DNA of 33,339 nt from Bacillota bacterium (GTDB taxonomy: Bacteria; Bacillota; Clostridia; Peptostreptococcales; Anaerovoracaceae): contig JAGBGL010000017.1 in NCBI GenBank assembly GCA_017936025.1, positions 1 through 33,339 on the forward strand, read 5' to 3'. Shown here piece after piece: positions 1 to 8,577 of the stretch. Under the pieces are notes generated by a model. That model was not told the DNA's origin. It did not search any database and saw only the letters and a program-made list of their open reading frames with translations. A program made the position numbers and the translations under genes. Within the stretch, counting starts at the first letter, position 1, and each line of letters begins with the position of its first letter.

Positions 1-2
1 CC

Positions 3-2183
3 ATGACTGATATGAAAACCGAACGCATCAGACTCTGGGGAATCGTCCAGGGAGTCGGGTTCCGGCCGTTTGTTGAGAAAATCGCAGACCGCATGAATAT
101 GAAGGGCGAGGTGCTGAATATCGGCGGGCTTGTTGAAATAGCAGTAACTGACACACAGGAACGTATAGATGCATTTGTGGAAGCCATCGAATGCGAGAAA
201 CCGGTTCCTGCTGAAATCGTCCATATCAGGAGAACAGAAGAACTATATAAAGAATATGGAAACTTTACTATTCTCGACAGTGATCACGGCGATGATGAAG
301 CAGCAATGATCCCGGCTGATCTTGCGGTATGCCCGCATTGTCTGAAAGAACTTTATGAAGAAGGGAATCCCAGATATCAGCATCCGTTCATCAGCTGCAT
401 GGTATGCGGACCGAGATACACAATAATCGACCGTATCCCGTATGACAGGGAAAATACTACGATGGTAGATTTTCCGATGTGTGATTTCTGCGAGGACGAA
501 TATACAAGCCTTGAAGACCGCCGTTATCATGCACAGACAATTTCCTGCCATGATTGCGGACCTCAGCTTTCCATGTCCATTGATGAAGGGGCCAAGCTGC
601 TTGCGGACGGGGAGGTAATAGCTTTCAAAAGCATGGGCGGATATAACCTTTTATGTGACCCGCTCAACGATGAGGCTGTTGCCAGATTAAGAGAAATCAA
701 AAAAAGGGAACAGAAACCGTTCGCGGTTATGTTCCGTGATATAGAGCAGATCAGAGAATTCTGCTATATGGCAGATTCGGAAGAAAGGCTGCTGGCTTCA
801 TCGGCAAGGCCTATACTGCTGCTGGAACACAAACCTTCAGAGTCAGAAGAAATAAACAGGAGCAGATTTATCGGCTCTTTCCTGCCGAGCATGGGAGCAC
901 AGTATATGCTGCTGGACCGTATCAGTCCGCTGATCGTTACCAGTGCAAATCTGTCCAGCATGCCTATCATCAAAGACGATGAGGAAATGCAGGCACTGAT
1001 GGAGAGAGAACCGCTGATCAAAGGCGTGATTTCCAATGAGAGAAGGATCCAGGTGCGTATGGATGATTCTGTGGCAAGGGTCATTGACGGACAGCCCCAG
1101 ATGATCAGAAGATCAAAAGGCTATGCACCGGTACCGCTTTATGTGGGTACAAGAGAAGAAAAACAGATCCTGGCAACAGGAAGCCAGCTGAAAAATTCTT
1201 TTGCGCTTACCAAAGGTCCATTTGTATATGTCAGTCAGTATTTCGGCGACATGGACAGTGTGGAAAACCAGAATATATATGAAGAAAATGTGGACAGAAT
1301 GGCGCAGCTTTTCAGAATAAAACCTGAAATGGCTGTATGTGACATGCATCCACTGTATTATACGACTGAATTTGCAGAGAAGACAGGGCTTCCTGTAATG
1401 CAGGTTCAGCATCACCATGCACATGTGGCTTCCGTAATGGCGGAGCACGATCTTAAAGGACCTGTGATCGGAGTCAGTTTTGACGGTACAGGTTACGGCA
1501 CAGACGGTGCGATCTGGGGAGGAGAGTTCCTGCTGTGTGAAGGCGGAAGCTTCCGCAGAATGGATCATCTGCGCTATGTGAAAATGCTTGGCGGAGATTC
1601 TTCCATGAAGGAAGGATGGAAGTCTGCTTTAAGTTATATGTATGCGTGGGAAAACGGATATCAGGAAGAAGTCGAAGGAATAGCTATAGATCTCACTGAT
1701 ATCATGGCGTTTGCAGAAAAAAGAGGCGACCGCGGCTGGAAAGGCGAGGCTCTGGCAAGGGCCGCGATAAAAGCCGGCATCAATACCATCACAAGTTCCA
1801 GTATGGGAAGATTGTTTGATGGGGTTGCGGCGCTTCTGGGTATAAAAGACTATAACGATTATGAAGGACAGTGTGCGATCATGCTGGAAGATGCGGCGGC
1901 AGCACCTGAAAAAGGTGAGGCAAACAGACTCGCAAGGGACTTTCACCATAAGGTTGCAGAGATGATCCTTGATACATGCGTTAAAATCAGAAAAGAAACC
2001 GGAGCTGATCAGGTAGCATTGACGGGAGGAGTATTCCAGAATAAGATTCTTATGGAAGAAAGTCTGCAGCTTCTGAGAGAGAATGGTTTCAAACCTTATT
2101 ATAATATATCCGTCAGTCCTAATGACGGCGGCATCGCGCTGGGCCAGGCCTATGTGGCGATGAAGAAAATGGAGGAAGAATAA
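3..2183 (+). CDS. hypF: [NiFe]-hydrogenase maturation carbamoyltransferase HypF
   Basis: 726-aa ORF. It has an N-terminal acylphosphatase-like motif (WGIVQGVGFRPFV). It has two CxxC-x18-CxxC zinc-finger pairs (CPHC..CMVC and CDFC..CHDC). These are followed by YrdC-like and Kae1/HypF C-terminal regions. hypC, hypD and hypE lie immediately downstream. Confidence 0.9.
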   Translation: MTDMKTERIRLWGIVQGVGFRPFVEKIADRMNMKGEVLNIGGLVEIAVTDTQERIDAFVEAIECEKPVPAEIVHIRRTEELYKEYGNFTILDSDHGDDEAAMIPADLAVCPHCLKELYEEGNPRYQHPFISCMVCGPRYTIIDRIPYDRENTTMVDFPMCDFCEDEYTSLEDRRYHAQTISCHDCGPQLSMSIDEGAKLLADGEVIAFKSMGGYNLLCDPLNDEAVARLREIKKREQKPFAVMFRDIEQIREFCYMADSEERLLASSARPILLLEHKPSESEEINRSRFIGSFLPSMGAQYMLLDRISPLIVTSANLSSMPIIKDDEEMQALMEREPLIKGVISNERRIQVRMDDSVARVIDGQPQMIRRSKGYAPVPLYVGTREEKQILATGSQLKNSFALTKGPFVYVSQYFGDMDSVENQNIYEENVDRMAQLFRIKPEMAVCDMHPLYYTTEFAEKTGLPVMQVQHHHAHVASVMAEHDLKGPVIGVSFDGTGYGTDGAIWGGEFLLCEGGSFRRMDHLRYVKMLGGDSSMKEGWKSALSYMYAWENGYQEEVEGIAIDLTDIMAFAEKRGDRGWKGEALARAAIKAGINTITSSSMGRLFDGVAALLGIKDYNDYEGQCAIMLEDAAAAPEKGEANRLARDFHHKVAEMILDTCVKIRKETGADQVALTGGVFQNKILMEESLQLLRENGFKPYYNISVSPNDGGIALGQAYVAMKKMEEE

Positions 2184-2185
2184 TT

Positions 2186-2401
2186 ATGTGTATTGCTATA
2201 CCGGGAAAAGTACTGGCAACAGACGGAGTTACCGCACAGGTGGATTTCCGTGGAAATACAGTAAATGTAAATGTCGGACTGGTAGATCCTCAGCCGGGAC
2301 AGTATGTTCTGGTTCATGCAGTATGTGCCATTGAAGTAATGGAAAAAGATAAAGCTGAAGAACTGACTCAGCTGTTTATGGATCTGGAGGAACTGGCATA
2401 G
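2186..2401 (+). CDS. hypC: Hydrogenase maturation chaperone HypC/HupF
   Basis: 71-aa ORF with the hallmark N-terminus MCIAIPGKV. It starts 3 nt after the hypF stop. Confidence 0.9.
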   Translation: MCIAIPGKVLATDGVTAQVDFRGNTVNVNVGLVDPQPGQYVLVHAVCAIEVMEKDKAEELTQLFMDLEELA

Positions 2402-3435
2402 TGGAAATTCAGGAAGTTATCCGTTATCTGAAAGAATATGACGGACCGGAAATAAAACTTATGGAAGTATGCGGCACTCATACTGCCAGCATCTTCAAAA
2501 GCGGCATCCGCAGCCTGATATCTCCTAAAATCACACTGATTTCAGGACCGGGATGTCCTGTATGTGTAACACCTACAGCGTATATCGACAAATGTATCGA
2601 GTATGCGACAAAGGACAATCACATACTGCTTACATTCGGTGATATGATGAAGGTGCCGGGCACCGAAGGAAGCCTTTCTGACATGAAGGGAAAGGGTGCG
2701 AAGGTCGAACTGATGTATTCTCCGTTCGAAGCAGTTGAAAAAGCTCAGGCAAATCCTGATATTACTTATGTCGTTGCTGCCGTAGGATTTGAAACAACGG
2801 CTCCGGCATATGCTCTTATGATGCAGCAGGCTGTATCTAAAGAAGTGAAAAATATCAGACTTGTGACAGCGCTGAAAACTGTTATCCCCGCACTGACATG
2901 GATCTGCGAGAACCAGCAGGATATCGACGGATTTATTTGTCCGGGTCACGTGAGCACGATCATCGGAAGTGTTCCGTATGAGGCACTTGCTGAAAAATAT
3001 AAAAAACCTTTCGTTGTTGCAGGTTTTGAAGCAGAACATATTCTGGCTGTCATCTATGATATTGTACGCCAGATAGAAAAAGGCGAGCACAAGGTCAAAA
3101 ACTTATATTCAAATGCGGTACACGATGAAGGGAATCCTAAAGCACTGAATGTGCTGGAGACTTTCTTTGAGCCGGGTCCTGCGATGTGGAGAGGCCTTGG
3201 AGTTATCGAAGGATCAGGTCTGTATCTGAAGGATACATTCTATGATGGTGGAAGCCGCGGACTGGACAAAGATATGCAGCTGCCTGCAGGATGCAGCTGC
3301 GGTGACGTAATTGTAGGAAAGATCAACCCTGATCAGTGTCCTATGTTCAAAACAAAATGCAGCCCAATGACACCGTTTGGACCATGCATGGTTTCTGCGG
3401 AAGGGGCCTGCGGTATCTGGTACCGTAATAAATAA
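2401..3435 (+). CDS. hypD: Hydrogenase maturation protein HypD
   Basis: 344 aa with a GTG start that overlaps the hypC TAG by 1 nt. Motifs seen: CGTHT, GPGCPVCV, GFETT and CPGHVS. Confidence 0.9.
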   Translation: MEIQEVIRYLKEYDGPEIKLMEVCGTHTASIFKSGIRSLISPKITLISGPGCPVCVTPTAYIDKCIEYATKDNHILLTFGDMMKVPGTEGSLSDMKGKGAKVELMYSPFEAVEKAQANPDITYVVAAVGFETTAPAYALMMQQAVSKEVKNIRLVTALKTVIPALTWICENQQDIDGFICPGHVSTIIGSVPYEALAEKYKKPFVVAGFEAEHILAVIYDIVRQIEKGEHKVKNLYSNAVHDEGNPKALNVLETFFEPGPAMWRGLGVIEGSGLYLKDTFYDGGSRGLDKDMQLPAGCSCGDVIVGKINPDQCPMFKTKCSPMTPFGPCMVSAEGACGIWYRNK

Positions 3436-3478
3436 TTTGCCGGCGGGCCTTCGGCCTGCGGTAATTCAGGAGGAAAAT

Positions 3479-4459
3479 ATGAAAATCACAATGGCTCACG
3501 GAAGCGGCGGCAAAACATCGGCAGAGCTGATGAGCAGCGTTTTCGGAAAGCATTTCAAAAACAGCATTCTTGATAAGATGGAAGATGCGGCGGTAGTTGA
3601 AGTGAGCGGAAAAATCGCTTTCAGCACAGATTCTTTCGTTGTTACTCCGCTGGAATTCAACGGCGGTGACATCGGAAAACTGTGCGTATGCGGAACAGTC
3701 AACGATCTTCTGATGATGGGTGCGCAGCCTCAGTATCTGACTTGCGGCTTCATTCTGGAAGAAGGTCTGGAAATTGAAACGCTGGACAGAATAGTGGCTT
3801 CCATGGCGAAGCAGGCTGAAATCGCAGGCGTTAAGATCGTTGCCGGCGATACAAAGGTAGTTGAAGGCAGCGGCGGACTGTACATCAATACTTCCGGTAT
3901 CGGGATCATACCTGAAGGAAGAGATGTAAGTGCGGCAAACTGCAAACCGGGAGACAAACTGATACTGTCCGGAAATCTGGGTGATCATCATGCTACGATT
4001 TTAAGCGCACGTATGGAGATCGAAAACGATATCAGGAGTGACTGCGGATGCCTGAAAGACATCACGGATGCACTGTTCGACAATGATATTACAGTCAGAA
4101 CTATGCGTGACGTTACAAGAGGCGGACTGGGAACTATTCTTAACGAAATCGCAGACACTTCCGGATGCAGGATAGAGCTGCAGGAAGAAGCTATTCCTGT
4201 CAGCGATGATGTACGCGGATTCGCAGATATCCTGGGACTGGACCCTCTGTACATGGCAAATGAAGGCAAGCTGGTTGCAATCGTGCCGGGAGAACAGGCT
4301 GATAAGGCGCTGGAACTGATGAGAGGAACAGAACATGGTGCGAATGCTGTAATTATCGGTGAAATTAAAGAAGGCGAAGGTACACATATCGTAACAAGAC
4401 TCGGCGGAAGCCGTGTGCTGGACGTGCTGTACGGCGAAGGCCTTCCAAGAATATGCTAA
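3479..4459 (+). CDS. hypE: Hydrogenase maturation carbamoyl dehydratase HypE
   Basis: The start is set at ATG 3479 (MKITMAHGSGGK), preceded by AGGAGGA at 3469-3475. The protein is AIR-synthase-like and has the conserved C-terminal PRIC motif. The tracked ORF start at 3377 lies inside hypD and is rejected. Confidence 0.9.
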   Translation: MKITMAHGSGGKTSAELMSSVFGKHFKNSILDKMEDAAVVEVSGKIAFSTDSFVVTPLEFNGGDIGKLCVCGTVNDLLMMGAQPQYLTCGFILEEGLEIETLDRIVASMAKQAEIAGVKIVAGDTKVVEGSGGLYINTSGIGIIPEGRDVSAANCKPGDKLILSGNLGDHHATILSARMEIENDIRSDCGCLKDITDALFDNDITVRTMRDVTRGGLGTILNEIADTSGCRIELQEEAIPVSDDVRGFADILGLDPLYMANEGKLVAIVPGEQADKALELMRGTEHGANAVIIGEIKEGEGTHIVTRLGGSRVLDVLYGEGLPRIC

Positions 4460-4503
4460 AGTTTATAATTGTTTTATGACGTTTATATAGGAGGACTTAT
4501 ACT

Positions 4504-5274
4504 ATGTTTAAAAATGTTATCGTAAGAAGACCATGTAAAGCGATGGTAGAAGGTATCACTTCTGCACCTGAACTGGGAAAACCTGATTATGAACTGGCTC
4601 TGAAACAGCATGATGACTACATCGCAGCTCTGAAACAGTGCGGCGTTGAAGTTACTGTGCTGGAAGCAGATGAAAGATATCCTGACTCCTGCTTCGTAGA
4701 AGACCCTGCAGTAATCACAAGAAAATGCGCTATCATCACTAACCCTGGCGCACCGTCCAGAAACGGCGAAAAGAATGAAATCATCGGCGCAGTTAAGAAA
4801 TTCTTCTCTGACGACCAGATCGAATACATTCAGGATCCGGGAACTCTGGAAGGCGGCGACGTAATGATGGTTGGAGATCACTTCTACGTAGGACGTTCTG
4901 CAAGGACTAATGAAGAAGGTATCAGACAGTTCATCGAAATTCTGGAAAAACACGGTCTGTCCGGATCCGAAGTTACTCTGGAAGAAGTACTGCACCTGAA
5001 GACTGGTGTAAACTATCTGGAAAATAACAACATGCTGGTTTCCGGTGAATTTATCACAAAACCTGAGTTTGAAAATTTCAACAAAGTTGTTATTCCTGAA
5101 GAAGAAGCATATGCTGCAAACTGCATCTGGGTAAATGACACTGTAATTGTGCCTGAAGGATATCCTGCAGTTCTGGAAGCTGTTAAATCCTGCGGATATA
5201 AAGTTCTGCTGGTAGACACTTCCGAATATAGAAAACTGGATGGCGGACTGTCCTGCCTGTCCCTGAGATTCTAA
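4504..5274 (+). CDS. Guanidino-group modifying enzyme, dimethylarginine dimethylaminohydrolase (DDAH)-like
   Basis: 256 aa. From memory it is colinear with bacterial DDAH such as the Pseudomonas aeruginosa enzyme (FVEDP, GGDVMMVGDHFYVG.SARTN, LHLKTG, AANCIWVN, C-terminal DGGLSCLSLRF with the catalytic Cys). RBS is AGGAGGA. The substrate cannot be assigned from sequence. Confidence 0.75.
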   Translation: MFKNVIVRRPCKAMVEGITSAPELGKPDYELALKQHDDYIAALKQCGVEVTVLEADERYPDSCFVEDPAVITRKCAIITNPGAPSRNGEKNEIIGAVKKFFSDDQIEYIQDPGTLEGGDVMMVGDHFYVGRSARTNEEGIRQFIEILEKHGLSGSEVTLEEVLHLKTGVNYLENNNMLVSGEFITKPEFENFNKVVIPEEEAYAANCIWVNDTVIVPEGYPAVLEAVKSCGYKVLLVDTSEYRKLDGGLSCLSLRF

Positions 5275-5351
5275 GTCAATAAAGTTTTTGAGACGGACCG
5301 CACAACGCGGGCCTGAAAACTTTAAAATATGAAAGAGTAAGGTAACTTATT

Positions 5352-6791
5352 ATGGAAAATGAAAAAAAATTAGGTACGCTTAGACTGACCATGTTTGGTA
5401 TCGGTCTGATCCTGGCGTCCGGTGCGTTCGCTATTCCTGGTGATTTTGCTGCATCCGGCGCATATCCTCTGGCATCCCTGCTGGGCTGGGCTGTTGCAGG
5501 GATCGGTATGTTCTCCCTGTGTATGTGTTATCTGCGTCTTGGTATTGCAAGACCTGACCTGACTTCCGGTCTTTATACATACGCTAGAGAGGGTTTCGGT
5601 CCTTTCATCGGATTCTCCTCTGCATGGGGTTACTGGATCAGTGCTCTGCTGGCACAGATCACATTCCTGAACATGCTGTTCGGTACACTGGGACAGATCT
5701 TCCCTGTGTTCGGAAACGGTGCGAACCTGGTATCCGTTATTGTTCAGTCTGTTATTATCTGGGTCCTGGCTATCCTGATCCTGAAAGGTGTAAACCAGGC
5801 GGTATCCATCAATGCTGTTGTAGTAGCAGCTAAACTGATGCCTGTAATGGCTCTGCTGGTTGCGATCGTGTTCGCAAGAGCTTTCGATCCTGAAATCTTC
5901 ATGCAGAACTTCACTGGCGAAGGTTCCGGAATGAGCCTGTTCGAACAGGTTAAATCCACTACATTCATCACTGTATGGATCTTCATCGGTGTTGAAGGTG
6001 CTGTAGTAATCTCTGCACGTGCGAAGACTACAAAGATTGCAGGACGCGCTGCTGCGATCTCCTTCCTGTGCATGCTGGCGATCTACATGATGATTTCCAT
6101 CCTGTCCATGGGTGTTATGCCTACAGAAGAACTGGCACAGCTGGCTACTCCATCTGTTGCAGGTGTTCTGGAAGCTGTAGTTGGACCTTGGGGGGCTACA
6201 CTGGTTAATGTTGCAGTAATCGTATCCATCTGCGGTGCACTGTTCACTTACACAATCCTGTGTGTTGAATCTGCAGCATCTCCTGCGATGGAAGGATGCT
6301 TCCCTAAATTCTTTACTAAACAGAATAAGCATGGTGCGCCAATCAACTCCACTATCGTATCCACTGCGGTAATTCAGATCTTCATGATCATCATCGTATT
6401 CAACGAAGCAACTTATCAGGTTTGCTACTCCCTGTCTACATCCATGATCATGATCCCATACTTTGTATCTGCACTGTACGCATTCAAGAGCTGCTGTAAA
6501 GGTGAGCTGACTGGTATCTACGATAACGCAGGCGGAAAGATCACTACTTGGATCTTTGCAATCATTGCTTCCGTATACGGATTCTGGATGCTGTACTCCA
6601 CAGGCGGAGCTGCTATCCTGACATGTTCCGTACTGTACGGACCTGGTATCCTGCTGTACCTGTACAACCAGAAAGAAAGAGGGGAGAAACTGTTCCCTGG
6701 CAAAACTGACCTGATTTCTGCAATCGTAATGGCTGCTGCATTCGTTATTTCCATCGTCCTGATGGCAAACGGAACAGTATCCATGTTCTAA
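5352..6791 (+). CDS. APC-superfamily basic amino acid/polyamine antiporter (ArcD/YvsH-like)
   Basis: 479-aa polytopic membrane protein with roughly 12-13 hydrophobic segments. The N-terminal segment resembles arginine:ornithine-type antiporters. It lies 77 nt downstream of the DDAH-like gene with no terminator T-run between them. Confidence 0.7.
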   Translation: MENEKKLGTLRLTMFGIGLILASGAFAIPGDFAASGAYPLASLLGWAVAGIGMFSLCMCYLRLGIARPDLTSGLYTYAREGFGPFIGFSSAWGYWISALLAQITFLNMLFGTLGQIFPVFGNGANLVSVIVQSVIIWVLAILILKGVNQAVSINAVVVAAKLMPVMALLVAIVFARAFDPEIFMQNFTGEGSGMSLFEQVKSTTFITVWIFIGVEGAVVISARAKTTKIAGRAAAISFLCMLAIYMMISILSMGVMPTEELAQLATPSVAGVLEAVVGPWGATLVNVAVIVSICGALFTYTILCVESAASPAMEGCFPKFFTKQNKHGAPINSTIVSTAVIQIFMIIIVFNEATYQVCYSLSTSMIMIPYFVSALYAFKSCCKGELTGIYDNAGGKITTWIFAIIASVYGFWMLYSTGGAAILTCSVLYGPGILLYLYNQKERGEKLFPGKTDLISAIVMAAAFVISIVLMANGTVSMF

Positions 6792-6803
6792 TCTGAAAAA
6801 AAT

Positions 6804-6839
6804 AAAAACCGGGAGTATCTATCGATGCCCCCGGTTTTT
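6804..6839 (+). terminator. Intrinsic terminator after the antiporter gene
   Basis: AAAAACCGGG ... CCCGGTTTTT hairpin with a T-run, 13 nt after the stop codon. Confidence 0.6.
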
Positions 6840-6851
6840 GTATGAAAAGAC

Positions 6852-6881
6852 AAACCCTAACGTTATGTAACGTTAGGGTTT
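6852..6881 (-). terminator. Intrinsic terminator of pyrC (perfect 13-bp stem)
   Basis: AAACCCTAACGTT-ATGT-AACGTTAGGGTTT lies directly 3' of the pyrC stop on the minus strand. On that strand it is followed by GTCTTTTC. Confidence 0.6.
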
Positions 6882-6891
6882 TGATATTATA

Positions 6892-8157
6892 TTACTTGTT
6901 TTCGTATATGATTTTGCCTCCGCAGATCGTATAACGTACGATTCCCGGCAGGTCTTCGCCTGTAAAAGGTGTGTTGCTGGATTTTGAAGCAAATTCGGAA
7001 ACTGTCCATTCTTCTTCAGGATCGAAAATAACGATATCTGCAGGTTTGCCTTCGGAGATATCACCGCCCGGCAGTTTATAAAGTGTGGCAGGGTTAGAAG
7101 TCATTTTTTCAAGAACCTGCATCATGCTCATGTGTCCCGGTTCTACCAGAGATTTGATTGCCAGACTAAGTGCTGTTTCGAGACCTGTGATTCCGCTCGG
7201 TGCAGCCCACATCGGTTCAGCTGCTTTTTCATCAGCTGTGTGAGGTGCATGGTCTGTAGCGATCAGATCGATAGTACCGTCCTTCAGTCCTTCGATGATT
7301 TCCTGTCTGTCCTTCTCTGTACGGAGAGGAGGATTCATCTTCGCCAGGCTTCCGTGTTTTATAACTGCCTTGTCAGTCAGCGTGAAATGATGAGGTGTTG
7401 CTTCCGCATGGATGTTGGCGCCCATAGCTTTTGCGTTTCTTACAAGAGCAACGGAAGTTCCGGAGCTGATGTGCTGGATCACCGTGTGTGCTCCTGTTTT
7501 CAGTGCCAGCAGACAGTCTCTTGCAACCATGGATTCTTCTGCGATGGAAGGAGAACCTTCGATACCGTAATGCTTTGAAGCGATACCGTGGTTGATTCCG
7601 TTCTGTGAAATGAAAGCAGGGTCTTCTTCGTGAAGACTGATAGGCAGATCAAGTGCCGCGGCTCTTTCCATTGCACGGAAACAGAGTGTTGCATCCATGA
7701 TAGGGATCCCGTCATCTGTGAAACCTGCAGCGCCGGCAGCGGCCAGAGCTTCGAAATCGGTCATTTCTTTTCCTTTCAGACCATATGTTACGGAGCCTAC
7801 CTGATAGATGTTTATATCTTCAGCCTTTGCACGCTCCAGGATGTCTGTAAGAGTTTCAACGCTGTCAACGACAGGTTTTGTGTTAGCCATGCAGATTACA
7901 GAAGTGAATCCGCCTTTTGCAGCGGCCAGTGAACCTGTATGCAGGTCTTCTTTGTGAGTGAAGCCCGGATCGCGGAAGTGAATATGAGTATCGATCAGTC
8001 CCGGTGCAACGATATTGCCGGCAGCATCGATGACTTCTTCGCCGTCTGCTGCTGTCAGTTCACCGATTTCACTGATGATCCCGTCAGTGATACGTATATC
8101 GTATTCGCCCTGAGTCTTTGCAGCAGGGTTTATTACAAATCCATTTTTTATCAACAT
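6892..8157 (-). CDS. pyrC: Dihydroorotase
   Basis: Amidohydrolase motif DTHIHFRDPG is present. The start is set at ATG 8157 (MLIKNGFVINP), preceded by AGGAGA. The 21-codon upstream extension in the ORF track has no RBS. Confidence 0.9.
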   Translation of the reverse strand: MLIKNGFVINPAAKTQGEYDIRITDGIISEIGELTAADGEEVIDAAGNIVAPGLIDTHIHFRDPGFTHKEDLHTGSLAAAKGGFTSVICMANTKPVVDSVETLTDILERAKAEDINIYQVGSVTYGLKGKEMTDFEALAAAGAAGFTDDGIPIMDATLCFRAMERAAALDLPISLHEEDPAFISQNGINHGIASKHYGIEGSPSIAEESMVARDCLLALKTGAHTVIQHISSGTSVALVRNAKAMGANIHAEATPHHFTLTDKAVIKHGSLAKMNPPLRTEKDRQEIIEGLKDGTIDLIATDHAPHTADEKAAEPMWAAPSGITGLETALSLAIKSLVEPGHMSMMQVLEKMTSNPATLYKLPGGDISEGKPADIVIFDPEEEWTVSEFASKSSNTPFTGEDLPGIVRYTICGGKIIYENK

Positions 8158-8337
8158 GATATTTATCTCCTGTTCCGGACAGCTGAGACTGTCCATCTTT
8201 TCTTTTGAATATTCTATCATTTATTATTGTCTTGTGGAAGTGAAAAGTGTAGCTGTGAAATGTAAAATGTGGTATACTGTCTCTAATAACGGGCGGAGAG
8301 AAACTGCCCGGTAATTTGAGGAAACTGAATCTTGATA

Positions 8338-8366
8338 TTGACATCGGTATACTGCTGTGTTATTAT
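8338..8366 (+). promoter_or_regulatory. Sigma-70-type promoter of the pyr operon
   Basis: TTGACA (8338-8343), an exact 17-nt spacer, then TATTAT (8361-8366). Confidence 0.55.
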
Positions 8367-8409
8367 ATTGAAGATTTAGGCCAAAAACAAAAATGAAAGG
8401 AAAAAACAC

Positions 8410-8508
8410 ATGAAAAGATCACTGGAAAGCGGTTATATTTTCAAGGAAAAAGGTTTTACAAACTCCGTGTTTTTGTCTTCATTTGATCCAGGTTTTAGTG
8501 TTGCGTGA
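8410..8508 (+). CDS. Candidate 32-codon leader peptide of the pyr operon (MKRSLESGYIFKEKGFTNSVFLSSFDPGFSVA)
   Basis: The ATG is preceded by AAAGGA 9 nt upstream. The ORF is U-rich and its TGA (8506-8508) falls in the apical loop of the leader terminator. There is no homology evidence. Confidence 0.3.
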   Translation: MKRSLESGYIFKEKGFTNSVFLSSFDPGFSVA

Positions 8509-8534
8509 CGCATCACCGACAGCCTGGTTTTTTT
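8488..8534 (+). terminator. Leader (attenuator) terminator upstream of pyrK
   Basis: The outer stem is CCAGG...CCTGG. The inner stem is GTGTTGC/GCATCAC. A run of seven T (8528-8534) follows. The hairpin lies about 45 nt before the pyrK start, inside the 5' leader. Confidence 0.6.
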
Positions 8535-8577
8535 GTATAGTAAGTTATAACTCTTAATAACATCCGGGAGAAGAACA

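Noticed and set aside
3377-3478. Upstream extension of hypE proposed by the ORF track
   Set aside because: The extension overlaps the hypD 3' end and the spacer. A strong AGGAGGA precedes the internal ATG at 3479, which gives the canonical HypE N-terminus.
5370-6332. 320-aa minus-strand ORF antisense to the ArcD-like antiporter
   Set aside because: This is a shadow ORF opposite a well-supported membrane-protein gene. Its composition is odd (Cys/His/Gln/Arg-rich), there is no RBS, and no family is recognisable.
8158-8220. N-terminal extensions in the ORF track for pyrC (8158-8220), the lipoprotein (14017-14037), metF (16652-16744), lysR (24477-24515) and lgt (29698-29706)
   Set aside because: In each case an internal start with a proper Shine-Dalgarno sequence yields the family-typical N-terminus. 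The extensions lack an RBS.
8211-8390. pyrC promoter assignment on the minus strand
   Set aside because: There are two competing candidates. One is TGaTAGAAT at 8211-8219. The other is TTGTTT, 17 nt, TATAAT, whose -10 overlaps the plus-strand -10 at 8362-8367. Neither can be preferred from sequence alone, so no feature is reported.
8415-8445. Possible PyrR-binding loop (AUCACUGGAAAGCGGUUA) in the pyr leader, and GGAGAGAAAC at 8295-8304
   Set aside because: Both only loosely resemble the UCCAGAGAGGCU consensus. The second lies upstream of the plus-strand promoter. A PyrR element cannot be called by eye, so it is left as a test under the leader finding.
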